DNA of 63,895 nt, counting the filler, from Octopus bimaculoides (Eukaryota): NCBI RefSeq assembly GCF_001194135.2. It is 8 parts of 8 records of this genome, joined end to end, with 100 filler letters (N's around TTAATTAATTAA, not from the genome) between each part and the next. Parts side by side here need not be neighbours in the genome. Positions count along the whole stretch, not along the records: positions 36,127 to 56,371 come from NC_069002.1; positions 56,472 to 59,283 come from NC_068993.1; positions 59,384 to 62,260 come from NC_068988.1; positions 62,361 to 63,895 come from NC_069000.1; 4 more parts are not named here. One strand, given 5' to 3'. Below are positions 51,351 to 63,614 of the stretch, piece by piece. How positions within the stretch are numbered: position 1 is the first letter of the stretch; every line of letters starts with the position of its first letter. Position numbers and translations under genes: made by a program. The notes under the pieces are model-generated. The model did no database searches. It worked only from the letters and a program-made list of their open reading frames with translations, and was not told the DNA's origin.

Positions 51351-51541
51351 NNNNNNNNNNNNNNNNNNNNNNNNNNNNNNNNNNNNNNNNNNNNNNNNNN
51401 NNNNNNNNNNNNNNNNNNNNNNNNNNNNNNNNNNNNNNNNNNNNNNNNNNNNNNNNNNNNNNNNNNNNNNNNNNNNNNNNNNNNNNNNNNNNNNNNNNNN
51501 NNNNNNNNNNNNNNNNNNNNNNNNNNNNNNNNNNNNNNNNN

Positions 51542-51583
<42 letters not shown>

Positions 51584-52069
51584 ACGGACTTCCAGTTTCC
51601 GTCTAAGTCCAATCACAGCGCTATGGCAGAAGGTGACACTTGCCGAACCAAGAACCATGTGGTTGGGAAGCAAAATTCTTCCCATACGGCCAGGACGTTA
51701 GATAATAGGCACATTGCATTAATACTGAGGCTGACTTGCTGCCTGAACTCCATCTTGGAACTGCAACTAAAAAAAGCATACATGCCATGGCTGCCTAAAT
51801 GAGAATTCGCTACAGGCAGTGTTTTAATCGAGTTGGTGTGCATGTAGTAGAATGAAGGGAGAAAGAGATAATTGGTATGAGGTGAGATATAATCTGACCT
51901 CGTGATATAACCTGAAGGTTGAAATGAATATTACTGAAGTTTTCATCAGAGGCGATCAATAAAAGTTTGGTTGAGGAATGGTCATAATGGTTGTCAGATA
52001 TACTGGTATTCTTCTAGTTATTGTTTTTTATCTATTAGGTTGAAGTACCTGATCGATGATCATCAATTT

Positions 52070-52203
52070 TACGAGGGGAGTGTATGAAAAAAAAGTCTTG
52101 AGCCTGATAAAATACAAAACATGGTACGAGACTTCTGATGTAGGTACAAGAATTCAATGCTCAACGGCCTTGAAGGCTCAACATTTTTCATACACCCCTC
52201 GTA
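52070..52203. mobile_element. 134-bp mariner-type MITE
   Basis: TIRs TACGAGGGG(A)GTGTATGAAAAA..TTGAGCCT / AGGCTCAA..TTTTTCATACACCCCTCGTA, TA ends. Confidence 0.85.
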
Positions 52204-52261
52204 CATATATAGATACGTACATACGTACATACATACATACATACATACATAGAATAAATGT

Positions 52262-52385
52262 GAGAATGTGGGTTCAGTCCCGTTGCATGGCACCTTAGGT
52301 AAGTGCCTTCTATTGTAACCTCGGGCCGATCAAAGCCTTGTGAGTAGATTTGATAGACGGAAATCGAAAGAAGCCTGTCGTATGA
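52262..52385 (+). mobile_element. SINE family A, 5' half
   Basis: GGGTTCAGTCCC..TGGCACCTTAGGTAAGTG..GAAAGAAGCCTGTCG. Confidence 0.8.
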
Positions 52386-52521
52386 ATACACACACACACA
52401 CAGAGGCTCTCTCTCACTCACTCTCTCTCTCTCACTCACTCTCTATCTCTCACTCACTCTCTCTCTCTCACTCACTCTCTCTCTCTCACTCACTCTCTCT
52501 CTCTCTCTCACNNNNNNNNNN

Positions 52522-52580
<59 letters not shown>

Positions 52581-52614
52581 AACATACATACATGTATGTG
52601 TATATATGATAAGC

Positions 52615-52910
52615 TCTCCCATCGAAGACAACATATGAGCATTCAACTTTTGCCGAACGACCAACACAAAGGATTTGTTCATAGGGATCAAATGTTTGTG
52701 CCGTACTTTAACACACACTCTCTCTATCAAATCGCTGTCGCCTGACCAGGTGCCCGTTGTGCCACGCTTCAGGCGTCGAAGTGATCGCTAAGAAAAGTGA
52801 GATGGCGTGTTTTGCTCAAGAACACAACGCACCACCCGGACTACGAATTGAACGCACGATGTCGCGATCATGAGTGCAACACCCTAACGACTTGGCCATG
52901 CATCCCCCCA
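52615..52910 (-). mobile_element. SINE family E
   Basis: GTTTTGCTCAAGAACACAACGCACC..GATCATGAGTGCAACAC shared with 49225-49300. Confidence 0.7.
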
Positions 52911-52937
52911 CACATATTTCCGTGCGTGATTGTCTTG

Positions 52938-53145
52938 GCGTCTGTGTTTGGTGTCCACCACCACTTGACAACCAGTGTTGGTGTGTTTACGTCCCTGTAA
53001 GCCAGCGGTTCGACAAAAGACAACGTTTGAATAAATACCTGGCTTTAAAAAAGAAGAAAAAAGAAATAAATACGGGAGTCGACTCGTTCGACTAAAGTTC
53101 TTCGAGGGGTGCCCCAGCATGGCCACAATCTAATGACTGAGACAT
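52938..53145 (+). mobile_element. SINE family A, 3' half
   Basis: CACTTGACAACCAGTGTTGGTGTGTTTACGTCCC..CCAGCATGGCCACA..AATGACTGA. Confidence 0.8.
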
Positions 53146-53254
53146 ATCGAGGGAAAGAAGAGAAGAGACCAGGCATATAATACCCGTATGTACTCTTAGC
53201 TGTCTGATCACTGATTGGTCGATTTTAATTCATAGGTCATGTGCCAGTTATCTC

Positions 53255-53568
53255 AATTTCCCTGTGTGTGTGTGTGTGTGTGTGTGTGCCTGCGTGTGCG
53301 CGCGCTGTGTGCTGTGTGTGCATGTGTGCGCGTGTATATTGTGTGCGTGTGTGTGTGTCTGTGTGCGTGCGAACGTGTATGTATGTGCACATATTGAGTG
53401 TGTGTGTGTGGTGCTCGCGCGCTGTGTACTGTGTGTGTGTGTGTTCGTGCGTTTGTGTGTGAGAGTGATAGAGTATGTACAAATGAAAGTGTGTATATGT
53501 CTGTGAACCAGGCTGTACTGTGTGCTCTGCGTGTGTGTGTGTGTGGGTATATGTGTGCACGCGTGTAT

Positions 53569-53606
<38 letters not shown>

Positions 53607-53680
53607 AATGTGAGTGTGTGCTTGTGTGTGAGTGCATGTGTGTGTTAGTGTGTGCGTGTGTGTGTGTGTGTGTACTGTGT
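53255..53680. repeat. Cryptic TG-rich low-complexity tract
   Basis: Direct reading. Confidence 0.9.
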
Positions 53681-53856
53681 TCTTCTCTGCAGTGTTGGAT
53701 GAAGCGAAGTACTGCTGGCTTTGAACTGAAGATCGCCGGAGTTTCAGCATGGCTTTCTGACCAACTCTTTTCTCACGCGGTCTGTCTGTTTCCTAGTTGT
53801 CTTGTCAGATCCCACCTTCCGTTCGTTGACATTTTGTGGAAATATTGAAGAGAGGG

Positions 53857-53887
<31 letters not shown>

Positions 53888-55383
53888 GAGAGAGAGTGAG
53901 AGAGAGAGAGAGAAAGAGCGGGGGGGGGAGAGAAAGAGACACACCGACCCAACAGACAGAGACAGGGAGAAAGATAACGAGAGAGAAAGAGAGGAGTGAG
54001 AGAGAGAAAAAGAGGGAAAGAGTGAGGGGGGCTGTGTTTGTGGGGTCAGGTGTGAGTGGGACGATCACTCTACTGTTACATTGCCACTTATGTTGTTGTT
54101 GTTCTTGTATTGTAGTTCGTACTAATCGTTGCTGATATCATTCTATTGTACTGTGTATATACATACACACATACATACGTACATGCGTAATCTTCAGATT
54201 TTTCAATATGCTAGGCCACTGGTTTTAAATTGATATAAATCAAAATAATATTCAATTTGTCACCATAATTATTTGAATTATATATNNNNNNNNNNNNNNN
54301 NNNNNNNNNNNNNNNNNNNNNNNNNNNNNNNNNNNNNNNNNNNNNNNNNNNNNNNNNNNNNNNNNNNNNNNNNNNNNNNNNNNNNNNNNNNNNNNNNNNN
54401 NNNNNNNNNNNNNNNNNNNNNNNNNNNNNNNNNNNNNNNNNNNNNNNNNNNNNNNNNNNNNNNNNNNNNNNNNNNNNNNNNNNNNNNNNNNNNNNNNNNN
54501 NNNNNNNNNNNNNNNNNNNNNNNNNNNNNNNNNNNNNNNNNNNNNNNNNNNNNNNNNNNNNNNNNNNNNNNNNNNNNNNNNNNNNNNNNNNNNNNNNNNN
54601 NNNNNNNNNNNNNNNNNNNNNNNNNNNNNNNNNNNNNNNNNNNNNNNNNNNNNNNNNNNNNNNNNNNNNNNNNNNNNNNNNNNNNNNNNNNNNNNNNNNN
54701 NNNNNNNNNNNNNNNNNNNNNNNNNNNNNNNNNNNNNNNNNNNNNNNNNNNNNNNNNNNNNNNNNNNNNNNNNNNNNNNNNNNNNNNNNNNNNNNNNNNN
54801 NNNNNNNNNNNNNNNNNNNNNNNNNNNNNNNNNNNNNNNNNNNNNNNNNNNNNNNNNNNNNNNNNNNNNNNNNNNNNNNNNNNNNNNNNNNNNNNNNNNN
54901 NNNNNNNNNNNNNNNNNNNNNNNNNNNNNNNNNNNNNNNNNNNNNNNNNNNNNNNNNNNNNNNNNNNNNNNNNNNNNNNNNNNNNNNNNNNNNNNNNNNN
55001 NNNNNNNNNNNNNNNNNNNNNNNNNNNNNNNNNNNNNNNNNNNNNNNNNNNNNNNNNNNNNNNNNNNNNNNNNNNNNNNNNNNNNNNNNNNNNNNNNNNN
55101 NNNNNNNNNNNNNNNNNNNNNNNNNNNNNNNNNNNNNNNNNNNNNNNNNNNNNNNNNNNNNNNNNNNNNNNNNNNNNNNNNNNNNATATATATATATATA
55201 TACGTGTGTGTGTGTATGCATATTTATCTGTTGCCGTTTTTTCTCCCATTGCGTCTGGTAACGTTGTTAATGCTATAGTTTTCTTTACGGCCATGATGAT
55301 GATAATAATGATGATGATAATAATGATGATGATGGTGATGATGATTATCCAACTTCATTTACTCTTTCTATTCGCTTCCATAC

Positions 55384-55587
55384 GTTTGTTGATGCAGTTG
55401 TTTTCGTTTCTAATATTGGTTTTGTCAATGCAGAATTTCTCAATGCCGTCATGTGTGGCGGTGGGAACGTTTGTTGGACATTCATCCACTGATCTCTGAT
55501 GGCCCAGTGCCAAAAAGCCATAAACTGTTCTGTAACTACGCATCGAATATGAATGTCGTGGCGATATTCCTCTCGATTCTTTACATT
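55384..55587 (-). CDS. Candidate internal exon of an unidentified host gene
   Basis: TTTGAAATCAG acceptor, AAC|GTATGG donor, 204 nt, open as NVKNREEYRHDIHIRCVVTEQFMAFWHWAIRDQW..; no recognised protein. Confidence 0.2.
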
Positions 55588-55696
55588 CTGATTTCAAATC
55601 TTGCTGAGGCAGCGAGCTTACAGACTCGTTGGAGCATTGAGAAAATAATGCGTTGCGCTTTTTCTAAAAAGACCTTTTATTATTATTCCGACCGTT

Positions 55697-55915
55697 AAAG
55701 CGCCGACCTGATAGAATCGTTAGCACGCCGAGTAAAATGCTTTGCGGCATTTCGTCCGTCTTCATGCTCTGATTTCAAATTCCACCAAGGTCGACTTTGC
55801 CTTTCAACCTTTCGAGATGCATAAATAAAATACCAGTGAAACACTGGGCCGATGTAATTGGGGCCGACTAGTCCCCTCCCCACAAATTTCAGGTCTTGTG
55901 CCCTTAGTAGTAACG
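55697..55915 (+). mobile_element. SINE family B with 18-bp flanking direct repeat
   Basis: ATTATTATTCCGACCGTT at 55679-55696 and 55916-55933. Confidence 0.9.
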
Positions 55916-56202
55916 ATTATTATTCCGACCGTTTAAATTATGTGTTCAAATGCCACCGCTCTCAGCTGTGTCTTTTATTCTTTCGGGGGATCGGTAAATT
56001 GAAGTGCTGATGAAAATAAAAAAACTGACTTCAAATCATTCCGAGACTAGAACAAATTACCACTGGCTTGTTTTTTTTAGAAAAGTAATGCAAAACATAC
56101 AATGGGATTTGTTCTATTAATTAAACAAGTTGGTTACTTATGCTTGTGAAATATATAATTTTATCAAGAGTTGTGAATGAAAGAATCCAATTAAATGAAC
56201 TC

Positions 56203-56350
56203 GTGTGGTAAGTAGCTTGCTTACAAACCACATGGTCCCGGGTTCAGTCCCACTGCGTGGCATCTTGGGTAAGTGTCTTCTACTATAGCCTCGGGCCGAC
56301 CAAAGCCTTGTGAGTGGATTTGGTAGACGGAAACTGAAAGAGGCCCGTCG
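56203..56350 (+). mobile_element. SINE family A, 5' half, little diverged
   Basis: Close match to 61433-61580; ends in (TA)n at the join. Confidence 0.9.
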
Positions 56351-56371
56351 TATATATATATATATATATAT

Positions 56372-56471
56372 NNNNNNNNNNNNNNNNNNNNNNNNNNNNN
56401 NNNNNNNNNNNNNNNTTAATTAATTAANNNNNNNNNNNNNNNNNNNNNNNNNNNNNNNNNNNNNNNNNNNN
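56372..56471. other. Artificial scaffold-join spacer
   Basis: 44 N + TTAATTAATTAA (56416-56427) + 44 N. Confidence 0.95.
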
Positions 56472-56520
<49 letters not shown>

Positions 56521-57078
56521 GTATGTATATACATAATTATTTGTATATATAATTTTTGCATAGAGTTTTCAATATGTGTGTGTGTGTGTTAATGTGTATG
56601 TGTGTGGGTGCGTGTGTATGTATACAGAAATACACACACACGTTTACAATAGTAACCAAGGTTGTACATCTATTGATACGCCAGTCAAGTTTTTGCAACG
56701 TTCCCGCTTTATCTCGTATTATCACGTTCTATGTTGCCCTAACTTATGAAAATGTTTCTATCAAAATATTTCACATGTCTGTGCAATAAGTACTAAGGTT
56801 GGCCAAACGAAATATCTTTCATCATATCCCCTTCAAAAATTTACCAATGATTTTTTCATATATTTTGCTACTATATTTTCATGTGTACATAAATCCCTAT
56901 GTTGGAGAGATTGTAAGTTTTTTATTCTTTTCTTTCCATATATATTTCTCGTGTTATCTTTACTAACAACATATTAACTTCTTGATATATTCATATAGCT
57001 ACCCACACGCAGGGTAATTCCATAAATATCTCCTATATGGGTGTGAATATATGCATATGTGTGTGTGTATGAATATAT

Positions 57079-57148
<70 letters not shown>

Positions 57149-57190
57149 CACATATATATATTTACATATCAATGCACACACATGTGTGTT

Positions 57191-57231
<41 letters not shown>

Positions 57232-57643
57232 GTGTGTGTGTGTTTGTACATTGCGTTTTGTAGTGTATGTTCATTCTATTTCGTCTTATATTTTCTGACA
57301 TATATTTTGCATGATTTTCAAACCATTTTTTCAGAATTTATCCTCCTTATTTACCTTTATCTCTTTCGTTATCAATTCCCCACAGAAAACAGTTTTTTTT
57401 ATTATTTGTTATCTTGTTATTTTCTCTAAAAATTTCCTTGTTTCTGTTTCCGTTCGTCGAACTCAACTGTTCTTTCTCTCTCCCTCTGTCTCACCGTCTC
57501 TCGATCCATCTCTCTCTCTCAATCTCTCACACACTCTCTCTCTCCTCGTCTCTCGATCATTTTCACTTTCTCTCTCTCTCTCGGTCTCTGTCCCTCTTTC
57601 TCTCCGATACACATTCGTCTACATGCATGTAATTATATAAATG

Positions 57644-57675
<32 letters not shown>

Positions 57676-58231
57676 TGTATGTACGTATGTATAAATGCAT
57701 ACATATATACGCATGAATATATGTCAGTGTGTATATGCGCAAATGTATAAGTAAGTATGTATGTATGTATTTATGTACGTACATTTAATCAAACCCTGGA
57801 GTTTGCATGGAGAAAATTGAAGTAACACCGAAGGAAAGGAGCTCCATATATCAACTTTTTGCAATGAGACTCACAATCATGATTTGAGTTCCACGCCAAG
57901 TGTGTGAAATTGTCATTTTCTCGTGAAAATTAACATAAAATGGGTTTGTTCTTCTCTATAACGATTTTATGACCGATTCTATACTTATATTTTAACGCTG
58001 TTCTGATGTTTCTTGTCTTATTCTCCGTTTTATCGACAATTTCAATGTCAAGTGGGAGCAATTATGATCAGTGAACTCTTCTCGTATTTAGATTGTTCAA
58101 AAGGTTTTTGTGTTACAAATCTGAACGCGTTCGGTATGGTGTGTGTCTATTATTGCCATATTATAACTCCTCGTTGGGCTACTCAAATTATTGTTCGTTT
58201 TGTTTTTCCAATTGGTAATTCTTTCATTCTT

Positions 58232-58459
58232 TTATTCATTTACTTGTTTCAGTCATTTGACTGCAGCCATGCTGGAACACCGCCTTGTAAGCCTAGTACT
58301 TATACTATCCGTCTCTTTTGCCAAACCGCTAAGTTACAAGGACGTAAACACACCCAAATCGGTTGTCAAGCGATGGTGGGGAGACAAGCACACACACACA
58401 CATACACATATAAGTATGCATACATGTATATATATATATATACGATGGGCTTCTTTCAG
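58232..58459 (-). mobile_element. SINE family A, 3' two-thirds with deletion
   Basis: TTACTTGTTTCAGTCATTTGACTGCAGCCATGCTGG..CGGTTGTCAAGCGATG..GGGCTTCTTTCAG. Confidence 0.85.
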
Positions 58460-58964
58460 CACATTTTAAGCTTTCACTAAACATACATGTTGGGAAACAA
58501 AGCATTTGGTTTTTCTTTTGGTGAAGTGGTGAATGGGTGGTGAGTCGTACAACAACATGCCACGGAATAAACGGAATCATTTACGCAAAAGTTACATTAT
58601 TTAATGCTACCCGATTGGTCTTTCTATAGATCATTCCCGCCACCGTAACTTCCAAATACTCTTCAATTGGTTTCTTACGCTCATTCCCGTTTTTGGTACA
58701 TTACAAGATGTATGAAAGTGTACCATAAATCCGATTCAGAACAGAGTGCCTGTAACTACAGCATAGGTTTATTTGTGTTTATCCCTGTCAATAAAATTGT
58801 TTGGTAGATAAATTCTGTTGTCAGTAAATTCTCATTTACCGGACATTTTTATTTCTTATTTTCTCATTTTTATTCATTTAAATTTCATTAATATACGTAC
58901 ACGAGATAATATATTCATGGATTTCGTTTTAACGAATGTCTTGTCAGAATATTTTTATTTTTTC

Positions 58965-59165
58965 ATCTTTTACTTGTTTCCGTCATTAGGCTGCGACCAT
59001 GCTGGAGCGCCACCTTGAATGCTTTTGGTCGAATGTATGAATCGACCCCCGTACTTTTTTTTTATGCCGGGTACTTATTCCATCGGTTCTTTCTGCTGAA
59101 CTGCTATGCTACGGAGAGGCAAAGACACCAACACCGGTTATCAAGTGGTAGTGGGTAAAACGGAC
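58965..59165 (-). mobile_element. SINE family A, tail half, diverged
   Basis: CCATGCTGGAGCGCCACC..TCGACCCC..GTACTTATTC. Confidence 0.7.
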
Positions 59166-59194
59166 ACACACACACACACACACACACACGCACG

Positions 59195-59236
<42 letters not shown>

Positions 59237-59283
59237 TACATATATATATATATAGTTAACCAAACGAATAAATTAAAGAGAAA

Positions 59284-59383
59284 NNNNNNNNNNNNNNNNN
59301 NNNNNNNNNNNNNNNNNNNNNNNNNNNTTAATTAATTAANNNNNNNNNNNNNNNNNNNNNNNNNNNNNNNNNNNNNNNNNNNN
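59284..59383. other. Artificial scaffold-join spacer
   Basis: 44 N + TTAATTAATTAA (59328-59339) + 44 N. Confidence 0.95.
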
Positions 59384-59674
59384 CTGTTATAGTTTCTTCA
59401 ATGAGAATATTGACCAAGGTTACCGTGGTCTTTTCCGTAGGCTTTTCCTTCCACGGCTAAACCTAAACTGTCCTCTCCTCTTTTACACGAGAACATTACT
59501 GTGTGATACACGATCCCTATTGATCGGCCTTTCCTTTTTTTTTTTTTCCTTCCCCCTCCCAAAAAGAAAAGCTCTACATTGTATTTGTCCCATCTTCGTT
59601 GAGCCCTGTGTGGCTAATAAAAGAAATGTATCTATTTATCTATCATCTTTAACCTATTTGTCTAGCTAAAAATC

Positions 59675-59733
59675 TATATGTATCTATCTATCTATCTCTC
59701 TATCTACCTATCTATCTACCTATCTATCTACCC

Positions 59734-59812
<79 letters not shown>

Positions 59813-59859
59813 CATCTACCTATCTATTTACCCATCTACCTATCCATCTATCCATCTAC

Positions 59860-59930
<71 letters not shown>
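59675..59930. repeat. (TATC)n microsatellite with variants
   Basis: Direct reading. Confidence 0.95.
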
Positions 59931-59946
59931 ACTAGCCATCTACATA

Positions 59947-60168
59947 TTCAAGGGTGTGCTGAAAAGTTCCTGCCTTTGAGTAAAAGAAAATACAGAAGGG
60001 TTCAGTTAATTATAATTATATTCAACATATTTTCCTCTCAGATTTACACACTTATTGCAGCAGTCCTTCAGTTTTTCTAAGCCCTGTAAAAGAATTAGGA
60101 AGGTTGGGCCTCCAACCAAGCCTTTCATGTTACTTTTAAAGCCAGGACTTTTTCAGAACCCCCTCATA
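59947..60168. mobile_element. About 220-bp mariner-type MITE
   Basis: TIRs AGGGTGTGCTGAAAAGTTCCTGCCTTT / AAAGCCAGGACTTTTTCAGAACCCCCTCATA. Confidence 0.8.
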
Positions 60169-60224
60169 CATACATATCATGAAACTTTTAAAATGTTGAT
60201 GATATCGTAACACTTAACTGAAGC

Positions 60225-60730
60225 ACATCCGAACGTAGGGTGTAACCGGCTTACTTATGAGTACCCCTCATTCATTGGACAATGAACTTTGCTTGTGAAG
60301 ACCTATTGAGGCAAGTGTAAACAAATCAAAATCACTGTGGCCGATGACAGTACCGCCTGATCGGCACTTGTGCCAGTGGAACGTTAAAAGCACATCCAAG
60401 TGTGGTCGTTGCCAGGGCCACAGATTGGCTCCAATGCCAGTGACATGTGAAAATCACTATTCGAGCGTGATCGTTGCCAGCGTCACCTTACTAGCACATG
60501 TGCCAGTGGTCGTTGCTAGTGCAGGTAACACATAAAAACACCTTTGAGCGTGGTCGTTGCCAGAACCACCTGACTGGCCCTCCTGCTGGCGGCATGTAAA
60601 AACACCCACTACACTCTCGGAGTGGTTGATATTAGGAAGGGCATCCAGCTGTAGAAAAATTGCCAGATCAGATTGGAGCCTGGTGCAGCCATCTGGCTCA
60701 CCAGTCTTCAGTCAAACCATCCAACCATGT
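60225..60730 (+). mobile_element. SINE-like family D, long diverged copy with internal tandem repeats
   Basis: About four GTGGTCGTTGCCAG units, then CACCCACTACACTCTCGGAGTGGTTG..AGGAAGGGCATCCAGCTGTAG. Confidence 0.8.
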
Positions 60731-60934
60731 GCCAGTGGGTGTGTGGGTGTGTGCATGTGTTTCTTTGCGTCTGTAAATGTATGTGCCAGTGGGTGTAGGT
60801 GTGTGTGTGTGTATGCATGTGTGTGTTTCTCTGCGTCTGAATGTATGTGCCAGTGTATGTGTGTGTGTGTTTCTATGCATCTGTGAATGTATGTGCCGGT
60901 GGGTGGGTGGATGTGTGGTATGTGACATGTTTGT

Positions 60935-61110
60935 CTCATCATCATTGTCCCCATCATTCAATGTCCATTCTTCACATTGGCAGGGGGTTGGACAGTTTGA
61001 CCGGATCAGGTGATCCAAGTTCCAGGCTCAGCTTCAGGATAGTGTCTATGGCTGGAGGCTCTTCCTAAAGCCAAACACATTACCGTGTATATTGAGTGCG
61101 TTTATTTGGC
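60935..61110 (-). mobile_element. Family D-like 3' remnant
   Basis: Degenerate CCAACC..GGACATTGAATGATG end and TTTAGGAAGAG..CCAGCC core. Confidence 0.5.
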
Positions 61111-61418
61111 GCCAAATAAGTTTCATGACAGAAAAAGAGTAAAAAAAACGATAAAAAAAAAAGACCCTTATTTGGTGGTAGAGAAAGCATAAGGGGGAGG
61201 CTGGTGGTTTTAAGCACAGGTGTTGTGAGGGACGAGCACAGGTGTCTTGCTATGAGAGTGTTTAATTAATGTTGCTTTCTTCTATTGCAGATTGATACCT
61301 TGGAACTAAAAAGTAGTGAACCTAGCCCAGGGTTGTGTGCCTTTGATCCCTTCGATAATTCAACAGCCATTTTAGTCCGTAAGTTACTCCCTTACTTTTT
61401 TTCTTCTTCCTTAATATA

Positions 61419-61838
61419 GGCGCAGGAGTGGCTGTGTGGTAAGTAGCTTGCTTACCAACCACATGGTTCCGGATTCAGTCCCACTGAGTGGCACCTTGGG
61501 CAAGTGTCTTCTACTATAGCCTCGGGCCAACCAAAGCCTTTTGAGTGGATTTGGTAGACAGAAACTGAAAGAAGCCCGTCGTATATATGTATATGTATAT
61601 ATATATATGTATGTGTGTATATGTTGTGTATCTGTGTTTGTCCCCCCAGCATCACTTGACAACCGATGCTGGTGTGTTTAGGTCCCCGTAACTTAATGGT
61701 TCGGCAAAAAGAGACTGATAGAATAAGTACTAGGCTTACAAAGAATAAGTCCTGGGGTCAATTTGATTCGACTAAAGGCGGTGCTCCAGCATGGCCGCAG
61801 TCAAATGACTAAAACAAGTAAAAGAATAAAAGAAAAGA
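61419..61838 (+). mobile_element. SINE family A, complete reference copy
   Basis: tRNA-like head (TGGCTGTGTGGTAAG / GGATTCAGTCCC), body, internal (TA/TG)n at about 61581-61632, tail with CR1-like end. Confidence 0.92.
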
Positions 61839-62260
61839 ATGTGTGTTTGTGTGTGTGCGTGTATGTGTGTGTGTGTGCATACACTTGTGGCATTGTATAT
61901 ACTGTCTATGTGTATCCGTAACTTGTAAGAACTTTTGACAGGTGTTTATGTTGTAGCATTAATGTGGTGTGTTGTACTTGTAAGTATGTGTTGACGCTGT
62001 AGTTTTGTGGTGTATTGGCTATGTAGGTGTATGTGCGTGTGTGATAGTGTTGTAGTAGTTTTATGGTGTGTTATGGTTAGATATATACACTGGTTTGTAA
62101 CATCCCGTGGTGTCTTTATTATTTGTGTGTGTGTATGTTTGTAAATCTATCTTTCTTCCTATTTGTCTATATATCTGTTTACCTGTCTGCTACCTTTCTA
62201 TATATCTACATTCATATACATATTTACACACACACACACACACACATACACACACACACA

Positions 62261-62360
62261 NNNNNNNNNNNNNNNNNNNNNNNNNNNNNNNNNNNNNNNN
62301 NNNNTTAATTAATTAANNNNNNNNNNNNNNNNNNNNNNNNNNNNNNNNNNNNNNNNNNNN
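62261..62360. other. Artificial scaffold-join spacer
   Basis: 44 N + TTAATTAATTAA (62305-62316) + 44 N. Confidence 0.95.
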
Positions 62361-63165
62361 TCGGAATGTCCTCAGTATCCACCCTGCCAGTTGTCTGCAC
62401 TTTGCTGTCAACTTGACAATGTGCATGTGAAATGAAGCATCACTACACATGCTGATGCCCAGGTCTCTCACTGTTTGTGGTTCTGGGATTGCAGTACCGC
62501 CAGGTCCTGTGTATGCCAGTTGGGGGTGGGGGGTGGGGGGCACTTGTGACCTTGTAGCGCAGTACTTGAAATTTTTTAGCACTGAACTGCATATTATTTT
62601 GTTCTGCCCACTTGTATATTGCATTTAGGTCATTCTGCAGTCTTATGACATCATCAGGATTCTTTATTGCCTGAGATAGTTTTGCGTCATCAGTGTAGCT
62701 AGTGACAATGGCTGTCCAAGTGACCATGGGCATGTCCAGAAGGGCTACTATGAACAGTAGTGGCCCCAGGACAGTTCCTTGTGTAACACCGCTCAATATT
62801 TGTGTTTCCCTAGATAATTCTCCATTGGCTGCAACTGTCTGACTTCTAACATTCAGGAAGTCATGCAGCCACTCTCCTAATTTACCAGCTATGTCAAGGT
62901 TTTGCAGCTTGTGATGTATCATTCCATGATCAACTTTGTCAAAGGCCTTTGCAAAGTCAAGATATATTGCATCAACATTTGAATGGTCAAGTAGCTGCTT
63001 CAGGACCCAGTCATAATGCTGCAAGAGCTGCGTGAGGCAGCTTCTACTTGGACGGAAGCCATTCAGCAAGTCATTTTCTTCTTGGAACACAATCAGCCTC
63101 CTTCTGACAATTCATTCCATGACTTTGCTAATATGTGAAGTCAGAGGAACGAACCTGTAGTTTCC
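62361..63165 (-). mobile_element. CR1-clade LINE reverse transcriptase fragment
   Basis: NYRFVPLTSHISKVME, GFRPSRSCLTQL, VDAIYLDFAKAFDKVDH, SGVTQGTVLGPLLF, YTDDAKL, LQNDLNAIYKWA, VRDLG. Confidence 0.92.
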
Positions 63166-63184
63166 AGTATGTCAAACATTAGTA

Positions 63185-63590
63185 ACAATGGTAACAGTAG
63201 AAACCCTAACACCTGTGAGGTTAAAGGTAATTATAAATTAAATAATGTTGTATATAAAGCTACTATTACAACACATAATCTCTCTAGGTTTCATTATATA
63301 GGTTGCATGCAGACCCCTCTTAAATTACGCTTGAATAAATATAAGTCATCTTTTAATTATCCTTGGAAAGAAAGTGGTACTAGTTTATCCAAAAAGGTAT
63401 GGCAACTTAAAAGAGATAACAGAAATTTCTCGATTTTTTGGAATATTGTTTCTTCTGCTCCCTCTTATAGGATTAGAAATAGAACTTGTCTTTTATGCCT
63501 AGAAGATTCTTATATAATTATGAAAATGAATAGTTTAAATCCGAGAGATGAAAGAGTTTTTTTCTTGTAAACATGAATGTATTTTATATT
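63185..63590 (+). pseudogene. Penelope-like element GIY-YIG endonuclease fragment
   Basis: NVVYKATITT..YIG..LKLRLNKYKSSF..TSLSKKVWQLK..IFWNIVSSAPSY..CLLCLE..LN..(fs) FSCKHE. Confidence 0.85.
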
Positions 63591-63614
63591 TATGTCTCTA
63601 TGTGTATATACTTG

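Noticed and set aside
53690-53850. Plus-strand acceptor TTCTTCTCTGCAG and short ORF
   Set aside because: No donor and no recognisable peptide
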